Source: Chloroflexota bacterium
Lineage (GTDB): Bacteria > Chloroflexota > Dehalococcoidia > Lucifugimonadales > Lucifugimonadaceae
NCBI GenBank assembly: GCA_002719295.1
Contig: PBHC01000001.1
Coordinates: 1-28,372, forward strand
DNA: 28,372 nt
Reading direction: 5' to 3'
Position numbers and translations under genes: made by a program. Below, in pieces: positions 1 through 9,228 of this stretch. The notes beneath the pieces are model-generated. The model had not been told where the DNA came from, searched no databases, and worked only from the letters and a program-made list of their open reading frames with translations. How positions within the stretch are numbered: position 1 is the first letter of the stretch; each line of letters opens with the position of its first letter.

Positions 1-105
1 TCCTTTACTTCAGACTTAGGAGATTCTTTCTCTTCCTTTACTTCAGCCTTAGGAGATTCTTTCTCTTCCTTTACTTCAGCCTTAGGAGATTCTTTCTCTT
101 CCTTT
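1..105. repeat. 33-bp coding tandem repeat, at least 3 copies, encoding KEEKESPK(A/S)EV in the RpsB tail
   Basis: Unit tcctttacttcag(a/c)cttaggagattctttctct at 1-33, 34-66 and 67-99, plus a partial unit; one mismatch among copies. Confidence 0.95.
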
Positions 106-908
106 TTGGATTGCCTCATTGAAGCTTCTGCTTGAGCTTTATTTCTAGCTTCTTGTTCTAGTTTTTCTAGTTCAGCTTCTTCAGCTAATTGATCTTCTTG
201 CCTTTTTCTATTTATCTCCTGGCCAGAAATAATAGATTCAGTAACAAGGTCAGTAATTATTTGTATAGATCTCAAACCATCATCGTTTGCAGGAATTGGA
301 TAATCTATTTCATCAGGATTAGAATTTGTATCAACCATCCCAACAACAGGAATTCCTAATTTTGTAGCTTCAGCTACGGCTATTTGTTCTCTATGAATAT
401 CAACAACAAATAATACTGTAGGCAATCCATTCATTTCTTTAATTCCAGAAAAGAATTTATTCAATCGGCCTCTTTCAGCATCAAGTTTTTGAGATTCTCT
501 TTTTGTTTGAGAAATCACTTCACCTTTTGCAAATGATTCTTCTAATTCAACTAACCTATCAAGTCTTTTTTCAATAGTCTTGAAGTTAGTCATTAAACCT
601 CCAAGCCATCTTTGATTTATATAGAATGAATCAGATCTTTCAGCATTTGATTTAATTATGGATTGAGCATGTTTTTTTGTTCCTACAAACAAACATTTAC
701 CACCTTTTGATATTGTGTCTTCCATAAAAGTTAATGCATCGTCTAATTTTTCTAAGGTTTTAGATAAATCGATAATATGTGATCCATTTCTTTTAGTAAA
801 TATATATTTAGTCATCTTAGGATTCCATCGTCTAGAAGGATGTCCAAAGTGAGAGCCCGCGTCAAATAGATCTTGGATCGTCACTGAAATTTTATTTTTT
901 GTAGTCAA
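1..908 (-). CDS. rpsB: 30S ribosomal protein S2 (partial, 3' end runs off the window; long charged C-terminal extension)
   Basis: Absent from the ORF track; manual translation from TTG (908) gives MTTKNKISVTIQDLFDAGSHFGHPSRRWNPKM, with later LFVGTKK, RWLGG and DTNSNPD..DYPIPANDD S2 motifs. AAGGA SD-like sequence just upstream. Confidence 0.97.
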   Translation of the reverse strand, partial: MTTKNKISVTIQDLFDAGSHFGHPSRRWNPKMTKYIFTKRNGSHIIDLSKTLEKLDDALTFMEDTISKGGKCLFVGTKKHAQSIIKSNAERSDSFYINQRWLGGLMTNFKTIEKRLDRLVELEESFAKGEVISQTKRESQKLDAERGRLNKFFSGIKEMNGLPTVLFVVDIHREQIAVAEATKLGIPVVGMVDTNSNPDEIDYPIPANDDGLRSIQIITDLVTESIISGQEINRKRQEDQLAEEAELEKLEQEARNKAQAEASMRQSKKEEKESPKAEVKEEKESPKAEVKEEKESPKSEVK

Positions 909-956
909 ATCTTTTCCTTATGGTTTATTTAATATTAAAAGTTGGTCCAGTAGACT

Positions 957-965
957 ATTATAACA
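957..965 (-). promoter_or_regulatory. Putative extended -10 promoter (TGnTATAAT) for rpsB
   Basis: Minus strand reads TGTTATAAT about 50 nt upstream of the rpsB start. No clear -35, and the AT-rich background weakens the match. Confidence 0.45.
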
Positions 966-1017
966 ATTATTGTTCTAATTTCACACTTATTTACTTAAAT
1001 AATTGTCGAATGAAAAA

Positions 1018-1875
1018 TTATATCTTGAATTCACTCATCCAGTATAAAATTAAATAGGATCCACTTATTATTAGAATAATTGATGTTGCTAGATTATAAA
1101 TCTTAAAAAATAATTTAATTTTTTCTAAAAAAGATTTCAAAAATAATAATGATAATGAAACAATTATTAATGAAAACCAAGCTCCCATAGAAAATAGAAT
1201 AAAATCCTTAATCAATAAATTTAATGAGGAAGTGTTAGAAAAACTAAACACAATTGACATGAAAATTGGCAGTGAACAAGACAATGAAGTAAGTCCATAA
1301 GAAATTCCATAATAGAAATAAAATCTTAAACTTTTTTCGTTTGAAGAACCTATTGTGTTTGACAAATTACTTAATCTAGAAAAATAAATCATTCCACCAG
1401 ACAAAACATAAAAACCATATCCCAATAAAATCATTGAAATCAAAATTCCTACATAAGAAAAAATAGATTTCAAACTATAAAATCCACCTGAAATCATAAG
1501 TCCAAATATAAAAAAAACAATAATAAATCCAATTGTGACAGTTGTAGAAATAATAGTAGATTCATAAATAGTTTTGTGCACAGATTGAGTTTTTTGAGTA
1601 TTGCTATCCTTCATAAAATAAGACAAATAAACGGATAGAAGCGCAAAGCCGCATGGATTAAAAACTGCAACTAACCCGGCGCTAAATGCAATACCAGATC
1701 TCAAAATTGAAGAAAGATTAATAAAGACATTGCTAGTAGAAGCTGAAGCTTCAAAACCCAATGATAAAACTTTAGTTATTTTTTCAGAATCTAAAATAAA
1801 GCCTAGAGATAGCAATATTAATAAGTAAAACAAAAATATAGCAGTATAAGTTTTAGAGATTTGTTTAATAATCAA
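1018..1875 (-). CDS. ccdA: CcdA/DsbD-like cytochrome c biogenesis transmembrane thiol-redox protein
   Basis: Multi-TM protein with the two family cysteines in FNPCGFALL and SLSCSLPIF contexts; close to ccm genes. Confidence 0.8.
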   Translation of the reverse strand: MIIKQISKTYTAIFLFYLLILLSLGFILDSEKITKVLSLGFEASASTSNVFINLSSILRSGIAFSAGLVAVFNPCGFALLSVYLSYFMKDSNTQKTQSVHKTIYESTIISTTVTIGFIIVFFIFGLMISGGFYSLKSIFSYVGILISMILLGYGFYVLSGGMIYFSRLSNLSNTIGSSNEKSLRFYFYYGISYGLTSLSCSLPIFMSIVFSFSNTSSLNLLIKDFILFSMGAWFSLIIVSLSLLFLKSFLEKIKLFFKIYNLATSIILIISGSYLILYWMSEFKI

Positions 1876-1887
1876 TTATTCCTTTTT

Positions 1888-1923
1888 ATAATTTCCCAAA
1901 AATCTGGGGAATTATTTTTTTTT
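1888..1923. promoter_or_regulatory. Inverted repeat (11-bp arms, 6-nt loop) followed by a T-tract on the + strand
   Basis: ataatttccca (1888-1898) / tggggaattat (1905-1915), one G-U type mismatch, then a T run to 1923; lies between divergent ccdA and LuxR genes. Confidence 0.45.
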
Positions 1924-2012
1924 CAAGTTTAGATTTTTAGTTTTTAATTTATTTAAACTATTATTATTTTAGGTCCAAAAAAAAACTGTGTCACTCTTGA
2001 AACATATACTAT

Positions 2013-2222
2013 ATGTACAACCTTGAAAATATAAAAACAACTGAACAAGAAGTTGAAATTTTGGAGCTTTTATCAAATGGCCTTAGGGCTTTAGATATAG
2101 CTCAAAGAATGAATCTAGCTGAACAAACTATAAAAAATAAAGTTCAAGTAATCTGTATTAAGCTAGATTCATCTAATCGTACACAAGCAGTTGCAAAAGC
2201 TATAAGACTTGGAATAATCTAA
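2013..2222 (+). CDS. Stand-alone LuxR/GerE-type helix-turn-helix regulator
   Basis: TEQEVEILELLSNGLRALDIAQRMNLAEQTIKN..ICIKLDSSNRTQAVAKAIRLGII matches the LuxR C-terminal HTH pattern; no receiver domain. Confidence 0.88.
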   Translation: MYNLENIKTTEQEVEILELLSNGLRALDIAQRMNLAEQTIKNKVQVICIKLDSSNRTQAVAKAIRLGII

Positions 2223-2998
2223 GCAGCCTCAACAGGATTTTCTAGAACTCCAACATTTTCTATTTCAATTCTTACTGTGTCTCCAGGGTTTATAGGAGGA
2301 GTTTTCCCAGAGGTACCTGTCCAAAGCATATCTCCTGGAAGCAGGGTTGCGTATTTACTAATAAAGCTAATCGCTTTAGCAGTAGAAAATATCATTTCTG
2401 AAGAATGGCAACTTTGTCCTTCTACTCCATTCACATAACCTTTAATTCCAACATTTTGTGGATCAATACCTGTAATAATATATGGACCAAGAGGACCAAA
2501 AGTATCTGCAGATTTAGCTCTCCACCATTGATTATCGGCGTCATCACCGCCCTGCCATTCCCTTGCAGAGACATCATTTCCACATGTGTATCCAAAAACA
2601 TAATCTAGAGCATCTTTTTCTGAAACATCTTTTGTCACTTTACCTATTATGGCTACTAATTCAGATTCGCATGCCACAAGTCCAGCTTCTGGATGAATTT
2701 TTATAGCATCACCAGGTCCAATTAAGGCTGTAGATGTTTTATAAAAAGGTTCAGGCCTAGTTGGAGCATCTCTTTCGGCTAAGTGTGACCCATAATTCAA
2801 TGCTAAGCATAAACTTTTAGAAGGATTGGGGTTTGGACATAATATTTTTACATCAGATTCATTAAATGAATTCCCTGTTTTATTATATGATCCCATTATT
2901 GGGTTTGAGTCTATTTCTAATATCTCTCCATCTTCTACAATTCCATAAGAAATATTTCCGGAATTTTCAAATCTTGCAAACTTCATTTTTTTCTCCAT
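2219..2998 (-). CDS. Fumarylacetoacetate hydrolase (FAH) family protein
   Basis: LNYGSH, ESELVAIIGK, GYTCGNDVSAREWQ, AKSADTFGPLGP and LLPGD..TGT motifs. Confidence 0.93.
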   Translation of the reverse strand: MEKKMKFARFENSGNISYGIVEDGEILEIDSNPIMGSYNKTGNSFNESDVKILCPNPNPSKSLCLALNYGSHLAERDAPTRPEPFYKTSTALIGPGDAIKIHPEAGLVACESELVAIIGKVTKDVSEKDALDYVFGYTCGNDVSAREWQGGDDADNQWWRAKSADTFGPLGPYIITGIDPQNVGIKGYVNGVEGQSCHSSEMIFSTAKAISFISKYATLLPGDMLWTGTSGKTPPINPGDTVRIEIENVGVLENPVEAA

Positions 2999-3082
2999 TA
3001 ATTGATTTAAATCTTTCTTTTACAAATGTTGTTATAAGTGTAATCTACAAATGTATAAGGTCAAGAAAAAAGAAATAATTTT

Positions 3083-3706
3083 ATGAATAAATCATTTATC
3101 ACTGTTAAGAACTTATCAAAAAGCTTTAATGAAAAATCAATAATAAAAAATCTCTCTTTTAGCATCAATAAAGGAGATTTAGTGAAAATTTCAGGAAGTA
3201 ATGGTGCGGGTAAATCTACATTATTAAAAATTATTGCTAGAATTTATAATCAGGATTCAGGAGAGATAATAATTGATGGAAAAGATATTAATAAATCATC
3301 ATTATCAAAAAGTATGATTTCTTATATATCATCAGATTTTGTTTTCTACAAAGACCTCACAGTTAAGAAAAATATTATCTTTTACTTCAATTTAATAGGA
3401 GAAAAAAATAGTAAAGAATTATATGAAAAAAATAAAGATTTTCTAAAGTTATGTGAATTTGAAGATTTCTATCCAGAAATCTTATCTAATGGACAAAAAA
3501 AGAAAATGAATTTATTTCGTACACTTATCCCAATTTATGAAGTTTACCTAATTGACGAACCTGAAAATGGCTTGGACAGTGAATCAAAAAATGAATTAGA
3601 TAAAAAATTAGATTCTTTAGCTAATAAAAGTACTATGATTTACACTTCTCATAATAGTAATTCATTATCAATTTATAAACAAACCACCAAAGAAATACTT
3701 CTATGA
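3083..3706 (+). CDS. ccmA: Heme export ABC ATPase CcmA
   Basis: Walker A GSNGAGKST, signature LSNGQ, Walker B LIDEP, H-loop TSH; coupled to ccmB by an ATGA overlap. Confidence 0.85.
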   Translation: MNKSFITVKNLSKSFNEKSIIKNLSFSINKGDLVKISGSNGAGKSTLLKIIARIYNQDSGEIIIDGKDINKSSLSKSMISYISSDFVFYKDLTVKKNIIFYFNLIGEKNSKELYEKNKDFLKLCEFEDFYPEILSNGQKKKMNLFRTLIPIYEVYLIDEPENGLDSESKNELDKKLDSLANKSTMIYTSHNSNSLSIYKQTTKEILL

Positions 3707-4374
3707 AAAATTTATCAAAAATGTTTTTGATTATAAAGTTAATAGTCTTAAAGGATTTGTACGAAGAATTAAAATCTAGAGAAATTTTTATTTCAATTAT
3801 TTCTTATTCAATACTAGTCCTAGTAGTTGTGGCAACAACATCTAGTATAAATAATTCCATAGATTTTTTTGCAACAATTTTTTGGATATCATTAAGCTTT
3901 TCTATAATTTTAGGTATTAATAAATCTATGGCAAAAGAATTTGAGAACAAAGGGATAGAATTCTTAATTACATCTCCCATAGACAAAGAAGTCATAATTA
4001 TCGCAAAATTTGTTTCAAACTTGATTTTTATAACTTTTTCTAGTTTTTTCATACTTTTATTCAACAATATTATTCTGAATTATGATCTATTCGAACTATC
4101 ATTTTTTTTACTTGTGATAAGCATAAACATCGGCTTTAGTATTATAGGAACAATCACATATCTACTTTTTTCAAAAGTTAGAGGTAAAGAAATTCTTTCT
4201 CCAATGTTATTTATTCCTCTGATAACACCTTTATTAATGGGAGGTTCAGTACTCACAAATCAAATAATTGAAAATGATATAAAAAATATCAGCTGGTTTG
4301 GTCTAATTATTGCGTATGATTTATTATTTTTTCTTATAGGTTTGATGATTTCAAATATTATTTTTGAGGAGTAA
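3703..4374 (+). CDS. ccmB: Heme exporter membrane subunit CcmB
   Basis: Hydrophobic; LKDLYEELKSRE N-terminus, EFENKGIEFLITSP, KEILSPMLFIPLITP; lies between ccmA and ccmC. Confidence 0.87.
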   Translation: MKNLSKMFLIIKLIVLKDLYEELKSREIFISIISYSILVLVVVATTSSINNSIDFFATIFWISLSFSIILGINKSMAKEFENKGIEFLITSPIDKEVIIIAKFVSNLIFITFSSFFILLFNNIILNYDLFELSFFLLVISINIGFSIIGTITYLLFSKVRGKEILSPMLFIPLITPLLMGGSVLTNQIIENDIKNISWFGLIIAYDLLFFLIGLMISNIIFEE

Positions 4375-4449
4375 AATGTTAAATAATAATATTTTAAAAA
4401 CTAATTGTATCCTCTTTTGGGTTACAATTAAAAATATATATAAAATTAA

Positions 4450-5115
4450 ATGATTAAATTCATATTTACATCGATTACAGCTATAATATTTTTCATAACT
4501 CTTTGGATGATTTTTTGGTGGATGCCTATAGATATATCTCAAGGACCCGTAGCTAAAACAGTTTTTATTCATGTCCCATTGGCTTGGTGCTCAATGTTAG
4601 CAATAATAGCTGTAGCTATATCTTCAATTATTTACTTACTTAGAAAAAATTTATTTTGGGATGAAGTGGCACAAGCTACAGCTGAAATAGGACTAATATT
4701 TGGAATAGTTGCTTTGGTAAGTGGAATTATATGGGCAAAGCCAATATGGGGAGTTTGGTGGACCGGAGAAGCAAAATTAACTACAACCCTAATATTAATA
4801 TTAATTTATATTGCTTATATTCTATTTAGATCACTATATAAAAATAGCCTACAAATGAAAAAAATAGCTGCTATCATAGCCGTCATAGGTGCTATTGACA
4901 GCCCAATAATATATTTTGCTGCTAATTTATGGCAAGAAGCTCATCCGGTCACAGTAATAGGGCCTCTAGCAGATGAAGAGTCATCATTTGGAGCGGATTA
5001 TGGAATTACTCTTCTAATATCTGTAATTGCATTTACATTTTTATTTCTTTTACTAACAAATATTAGATACAAAACTATAAAAATAGAAAATAACCTTAAG
5101 GAAAATTTATCATGA
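4450..5115 (+). CDS. ccmC: Heme handling protein CcmC
   Basis: FIHVPLAW (His ligand), tryptophan-rich WAKPIWGVWWTGEAKLT, second His in EAHP. Confidence 0.93.
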   Translation: MIKFIFTSITAIIFFITLWMIFWWMPIDISQGPVAKTVFIHVPLAWCSMLAIIAVAISSIIYLLRKNLFWDEVAQATAEIGLIFGIVALVSGIIWAKPIWGVWWTGEAKLTTTLILILIYIAYILFRSLYKNSLQMKKIAAIIAVIGAIDSPIIYFAANLWQEAHPVTVIGPLADEESSFGADYGITLLISVIAFTFLFLLLTNIRYKTIKIENNLKENLS

Positions 5116-5588
5116 AAAAAACTATTTTATTTCTTTTATTAATTTCGTCATTTTTAAATATAGGGACTTTACATGCTCAAGATAATGATCAGTTAGTAAA
5201 TGGATTTATAAAAGACGTTAGTAAGCAAAATACAAATATTAACTTACATTTAGTAGATAATTTTGGAAATGATTTTAATCTTGAAATTACTCCTGATACA
5301 GAAATTGGAATTGAAACACAATCTGGAGAGCGTTGGGTTGGTAATATTTCAAAGGACCAAGATTATGTATTAAGTCTTTTAGAAGAAGCACAGCATAGCT
5401 TAGAGCCGATGACTGCAAAGTATTCTGGTAGCATAATAACTTCACTTGTTAGCTACGAATCTTCTAATATTAAGAACAATTTAGGTTATCTTGCAGGAAG
5501 CTTTATCTTTCTAGCAATACTATTTTTTGGATATATATTTATAATTAATAATAAGTTAAAAATATTATCTGCCAAAAATAGTAATTGA
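5112..5588 (+). CDS. Hypothetical exported protein with a C-terminal CcmD-like transmembrane helix
   Basis: N-terminal signal peptide (MKKTILFLLLISSFLNIGTLHA|QD), about 100-aa soluble region, C-terminal NLGYLAGSFIFLAILFFGYIFIINNKLK; occupies the ccmD position. Confidence 0.6.
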   Translation: MKKTILFLLLISSFLNIGTLHAQDNDQLVNGFIKDVSKQNTNINLHLVDNFGNDFNLEITPDTEIGIETQSGERWVGNISKDQDYVLSLLEEAQHSLEPMTAKYSGSIITSLVSYESSNIKNNLGYLAGSFIFLAILFFGYIFIINNKLKILSAKNSN

Positions 5589-6058
5589 TGCAAAAAAATT
5601 CAGAAGATCGGGTTGTAGAACTCAAAAATAAAAAAATAACATTTTTTTCAATTATTGTTATTGTAATAGTTTTACTATTATATTTTGGTTTTCAAGCATT
5701 TTCAGAAGCAACTTATAAATATTATTCTGTTTCTGAAATTTATAGTTCAAACACTATGAATAACCCTTCAAAAATTGGATTAAAAGCTGTTTTAGTCCAA
5801 AACACATATGTAAGATCTGCTGATGGTTTATCTGCAAATTTCAAAGTAAAAGATAAGGAAAACATTTCAAACAATGATTCTAATACTAAAATACAATTAG
5901 ATGTAGAGTACTCAGGAGAAATTGGAAGTGTTTTTTTCAACGAATATTCTGAGCTAATAATGATAGGCAATTTTGATAAAAATGGAACATTTATCGCAAC
6001 AAATTTATCAGTTAGATGCCCTTCAAAATACATGACCGAAGAGGATCTAGCCTCTTAG
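5588..6058 (+). CDS. ccmE: Heme chaperone CcmE, CxxxY variant
   Basis: N-terminal TM anchor, YYSVSE, VEYSG, C-terminal RCPSKY. ATG at 5588 overlaps the upstream TGA; the ORF track start is TTG at 5585. Confidence 0.9.
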   Translation: MQKNSEDRVVELKNKKITFFSIIVIVIVLLLYFGFQAFSEATYKYYSVSEIYSSNTMNNPSKIGLKAVLVQNTYVRSADGLSANFKVKDKENISNNDSNTKIQLDVEYSGEIGSVFFNEYSELIMIGNFDKNGTFIATNLSVRCPSKYMTEEDLAS

Positions 6059-6915
6059 ATAGAGTAACTACTTAAAATATCCTCAACTTTTTTAGATTTT
6101 TCTTTAATTAATTTATCTTGTAGATCATTAATAGTTGGTGGCTCTTTTTTATAAATAAGACCTAGAGGAACTCCTCCTTTATTTATCAATGCAACAGCAG
6201 CATCGTAATCAGAAGGGTCATGATCATCCTCTACTATAAAAGCAGTACCAGGAATGTTATCTTTTTTGCTACCACGTAAAATATCATAAGTGTTGTTATA
6301 TGTAGTACAAGGTGACTGAACATGTATTATTGATAAACCAGGATGTTTCATTCCTTCAAATATAAACTCTGCTAAAACTTTAGGTTTACTGGAATAATGA
6401 GAAGCTATATAACTTACACCATATGACAGATAAAGTTCTAATGGTTTCATTTGAGCATCCAACTTTCCGAATGGAGTTGAAGTTGTTATTTGTCCTGTAG
6501 TAGAAGTAGGTGAGTTTTGACCTTTAGTTAGACCATAAACTCCATTATCCATTATTATGCATGTCATATTAGGATTTCTAGACGCTGTAGGTGGAATATG
6601 CTCTGCTCCAATTGATAAAAAATCTCCATCACCTGCAACAACAATTGTATTTAAGTCAGGCCTAGATGTAGATACACCAAAAGCAATGGGCAATGTCCTT
6701 CCGTGAATTCCATGAATCCCAAAAGGCTGTTCCCCATCTAACATGTGAACCATATTTCCTGAACATCCAATTCCAGCAATAATTACATTTGATGTTCTTG
6801 GGATTTCAAACTCCTCAGTGTACGTTCCAATTGCTTGTTCCAAAGCTCTTTTTACTCCAAAATCTCCACAACCTGGACACCATTTAAAATCATACTCTGG
6901 ATTTCTTTCGCTCAA
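6055..6915 (-). CDS. korB: 2-oxoacid:ferredoxin oxidoreductase beta subunit (TPP-binding)
   Basis: WCPGCG, GIGCSG, IHGR, GDGD..DNGVYGLTKGQNSPT and SPCTTYN motifs; substrate cannot be determined. Confidence 0.93.
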   Translation of the reverse strand: MSERNPEYDFKWCPGCGDFGVKRALEQAIGTYTEEFEIPRTSNVIIAGIGCSGNMVHMLDGEQPFGIHGIHGRTLPIAFGVSTSRPDLNTIVVAGDGDFLSIGAEHIPPTASRNPNMTCIIMDNGVYGLTKGQNSPTSTTGQITTSTPFGKLDAQMKPLELYLSYGVSYIASHYSSKPKVLAEFIFEGMKHPGLSIIHVQSPCTTYNNTYDILRGSKKDNIPGTAFIVEDDHDPSDYDAAVALINKGGVPLGLIYKKEPPTINDLQDKLIKEKSKKVEDILSSYSI

Positions 6916-6917
6916 AA

Positions 6918-8636
6918 CTATACCTCTGTTTCTTTTATTTTTTCTAATATTTTATCTGAAAGATAAGTTGGTTTAAAGGGGAGTCCGGTATATTGGGTAA
7001 CAGAAACAGCATTAATTCCATCCATTCTCAAAATCGATGACCATTGACCTTGGAAGTTTAATTCTGGAACAATAACTAATTTTTTTTGCTTCAGTTGATC
7101 TAATATCTCTTGTGGCAAAGGATTTAGTGCCATAGAGTATAGCCAAGTTAGCTTCTCACCTTTATCAGAAAGTTTATCAAATGCTTCTCTAGCAACACCT
7201 TTAGTTGCTCCCCATGGCATTATGGCTATTTCAGATTCTGGATTTTCAATCTCAAATGGAGAATCATTTAGTAAGGTTAATTTTGCAAATCTTCTTTCGG
7301 TTAGTCTTACATGGTGCTTCGGAAGATGGGTAGTATCTCCTATTTCATCATGTTCAGATCCATTAGCTACATATGCAACTTCTCCACCAGGTATTGGCAT
7401 AGGAGAAAGTTCTCCATTCCAATCTTGGTACCTTTTATAACCATTAGAACCTGTGTCCGAATTTCTTCTTTCATCAATCACTTTTGTTATATCTGGTTTT
7501 TTAATATTTTCTGTTCTTTCTGCTAAGCTCATTTCTCCCATAACCATAACGGGGCCTTGATATCTTTCTGCCCAGTTTATAGCTAAGCTACCGGCATAAA
7601 AACATTCTTCAACAGAACCAGGAGCAATTACAGGAAGCTTTACATCTCCATGAGCTGGGAACATACAAGCAAATAAGTCTGACTGCTCTGTTTTGGTAGG
7701 CAAACCTGTTGCTGGTCCTCCTCTTTGAATATCTATAACTGTACAAGGGATCTCAGACATCCATGCTAATCCTAGCCCCTCTGACATCAATGCGACTCCA
7801 GGGCCAGCAGTTGCGGTCATTGCTTTTCTCCCTGAAAAACCTGCTCCAATAATATTATTTATAGCTTCAATTTCAGATGATACTTGAAAAACAAATTTAT
7901 CTTTACTGATAAGATTTTGTTCCATCCAAATCAAAATAGTGGTAGCTGGAGAAATTGGATATCCGTAATAGCTATCTAAACCTGCAGAAAGAGCCCCTAA
8001 TGAAAGAGCTGCATTTCCTGTAATCATTATCTGCTCATAGTCTGGCGCAATAGGTTCATCAAGTGAACCAACGCTAAATCCACTTTTTTTGGCAACCTCA
8101 ACTCCTAAACCTATAGCAACAATATTAGATTTAATTATCTCATCATCATTCTCTCTACCTCTAGAAAATCTTTCTTTTACAAAGTTTTCTATACTTTCTA
8201 TTTTGAAATCAATCAAATTAGCTACAGATCCAAGGATTACCATATTAGCTGCTCTAGTATTTCCAGATTCTTTAGCTAATTCATCAGCATTTATCCCAAA
8301 AAAGTTACCTTCACCAGAAGGCTCACAATCTTGAGCGTTATAAATACATACTCCATTTTCACTTAAGTCTTCAATATGATTATCGAAAGCATATTGATTT
8401 AGTACAACCAAAACATCTACAGCATCACCATTTGATAATACTGGGGTTGTAGATATTCTTACTTGAGAAGACGCAGGCCCTCCCATAATTTGAGATGGGA
8501 AAGTAGAAAAAGTTTGACAATAAAATCCTGCACCTGTAGCAGCTCTTGCCATTGCATCTGCAGAAGTTACAAGCCCTTGCCCACCTTCACCTGCAAATCT
8601 TATTACAAAATCCTTTGATTTAACTTTTTGAGTCAT
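6918..8636 (-). CDS. korA: 2-oxoacid:ferredoxin oxidoreductase alpha subunit (gamma-alpha fused type)
   Basis: AGEGGQG, GYPISPAT, QRGGPATGLPTKTEQSD, GSEHDE and ELNFQGQ motifs. Confidence 0.94.
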   Translation of the reverse strand: MTQKVKSKDFVIRFAGEGGQGLVTSADAMARAATGAGFYCQTFSTFPSQIMGGPASSQVRISTTPVLSNGDAVDVLVVLNQYAFDNHIEDLSENGVCIYNAQDCEPSGEGNFFGINADELAKESGNTRAANMVILGSVANLIDFKIESIENFVKERFSRGRENDDEIIKSNIVAIGLGVEVAKKSGFSVGSLDEPIAPDYEQIMITGNAALSLGALSAGLDSYYGYPISPATTILIWMEQNLISKDKFVFQVSSEIEAINNIIGAGFSGRKAMTATAGPGVALMSEGLGLAWMSEIPCTVIDIQRGGPATGLPTKTEQSDLFACMFPAHGDVKLPVIAPGSVEECFYAGSLAINWAERYQGPVMVMGEMSLAERTENIKKPDITKVIDERRNSDTGSNGYKRYQDWNGELSPMPIPGGEVAYVANGSEHDEIGDTTHLPKHHVRLTERRFAKLTLLNDSPFEIENPESEIAIMPWGATKGVAREAFDKLSDKGEKLTWLYSMALNPLPQEILDQLKQKKLVIVPELNFQGQWSSILRMDGINAVSVTQYTGLPFKPTYLSDKILEKIKETEV

Positions 8637-8790
8637 AATTTAGCGTTATTTTGATATTTGATTTTTGTGAATAAATAATAAAAAAAACATAACCAATGTT
8701 GATCATATTTTAAAATTACTAGAATATCAATTATATACAAACTAAAAATTTCAATATTATATTTATAGGTATAATATTTAAAATAAATCA

Positions 8791-9228
8791 ATGAATCAAA
8801 CAAAAAAAATTTGGTCGGCTGGTGGAGTTCTATTAAAAAACAATAAATTAGTAGTCTGTCACAGGAAAAATGAAGATTTGTACTGTCTTCCAAAAGGCAC
8901 ACCAGAAAAAAATGAATCTATTGAGCAAACAGCTATTAGAGAAGTTTCAGAAGAAACAGGATTGATCCCAAAAATAATTTCTAATTTGGGAGAAATCAAT
9001 TATGAGTTTACACGTTTAGAAAAGAAAAACAGATATAAAAAAAATATACTATATAAAAAAACAGTTTATTTTTTTTTGATGTCAGAAAATGGTGGTTCAA
9101 CAAATGATCATGATAATGAATTTGATGAAATTTTATGGATGACATTAGAAATTGCAAAAGAAAAACTAAATTATAAAGATGAATTCTCAATCGTGGAAAA
9201 AGCTTTTTATACCAAAAATAAAAACTAA
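8791..9228 (+). CDS. NUDIX hydrolase
   Basis: Nudix box PKGTPEKNESIEQTAIREVSEETG; SAGGV N-terminal motif. Confidence 0.93.
   Translation: MNQTKKIWSAGGVLLKNNKLVVCHRKNEDLYCLPKGTPEKNESIEQTAIREVSEETGLIPKIISNLGEINYEFTRLEKKNRYKKNILYKKTVYFFLMSENGGSTNDHDNEFDEILWMTLEIAKEKLNYKDEFSIVEKAFYTKNKN

Noticed and set aside
1..105. 33-bp repeats as a CRISPR array
   Set aside because: Units are contiguous with no spacers, lie in frame within rpsB, and there are no cas genes.
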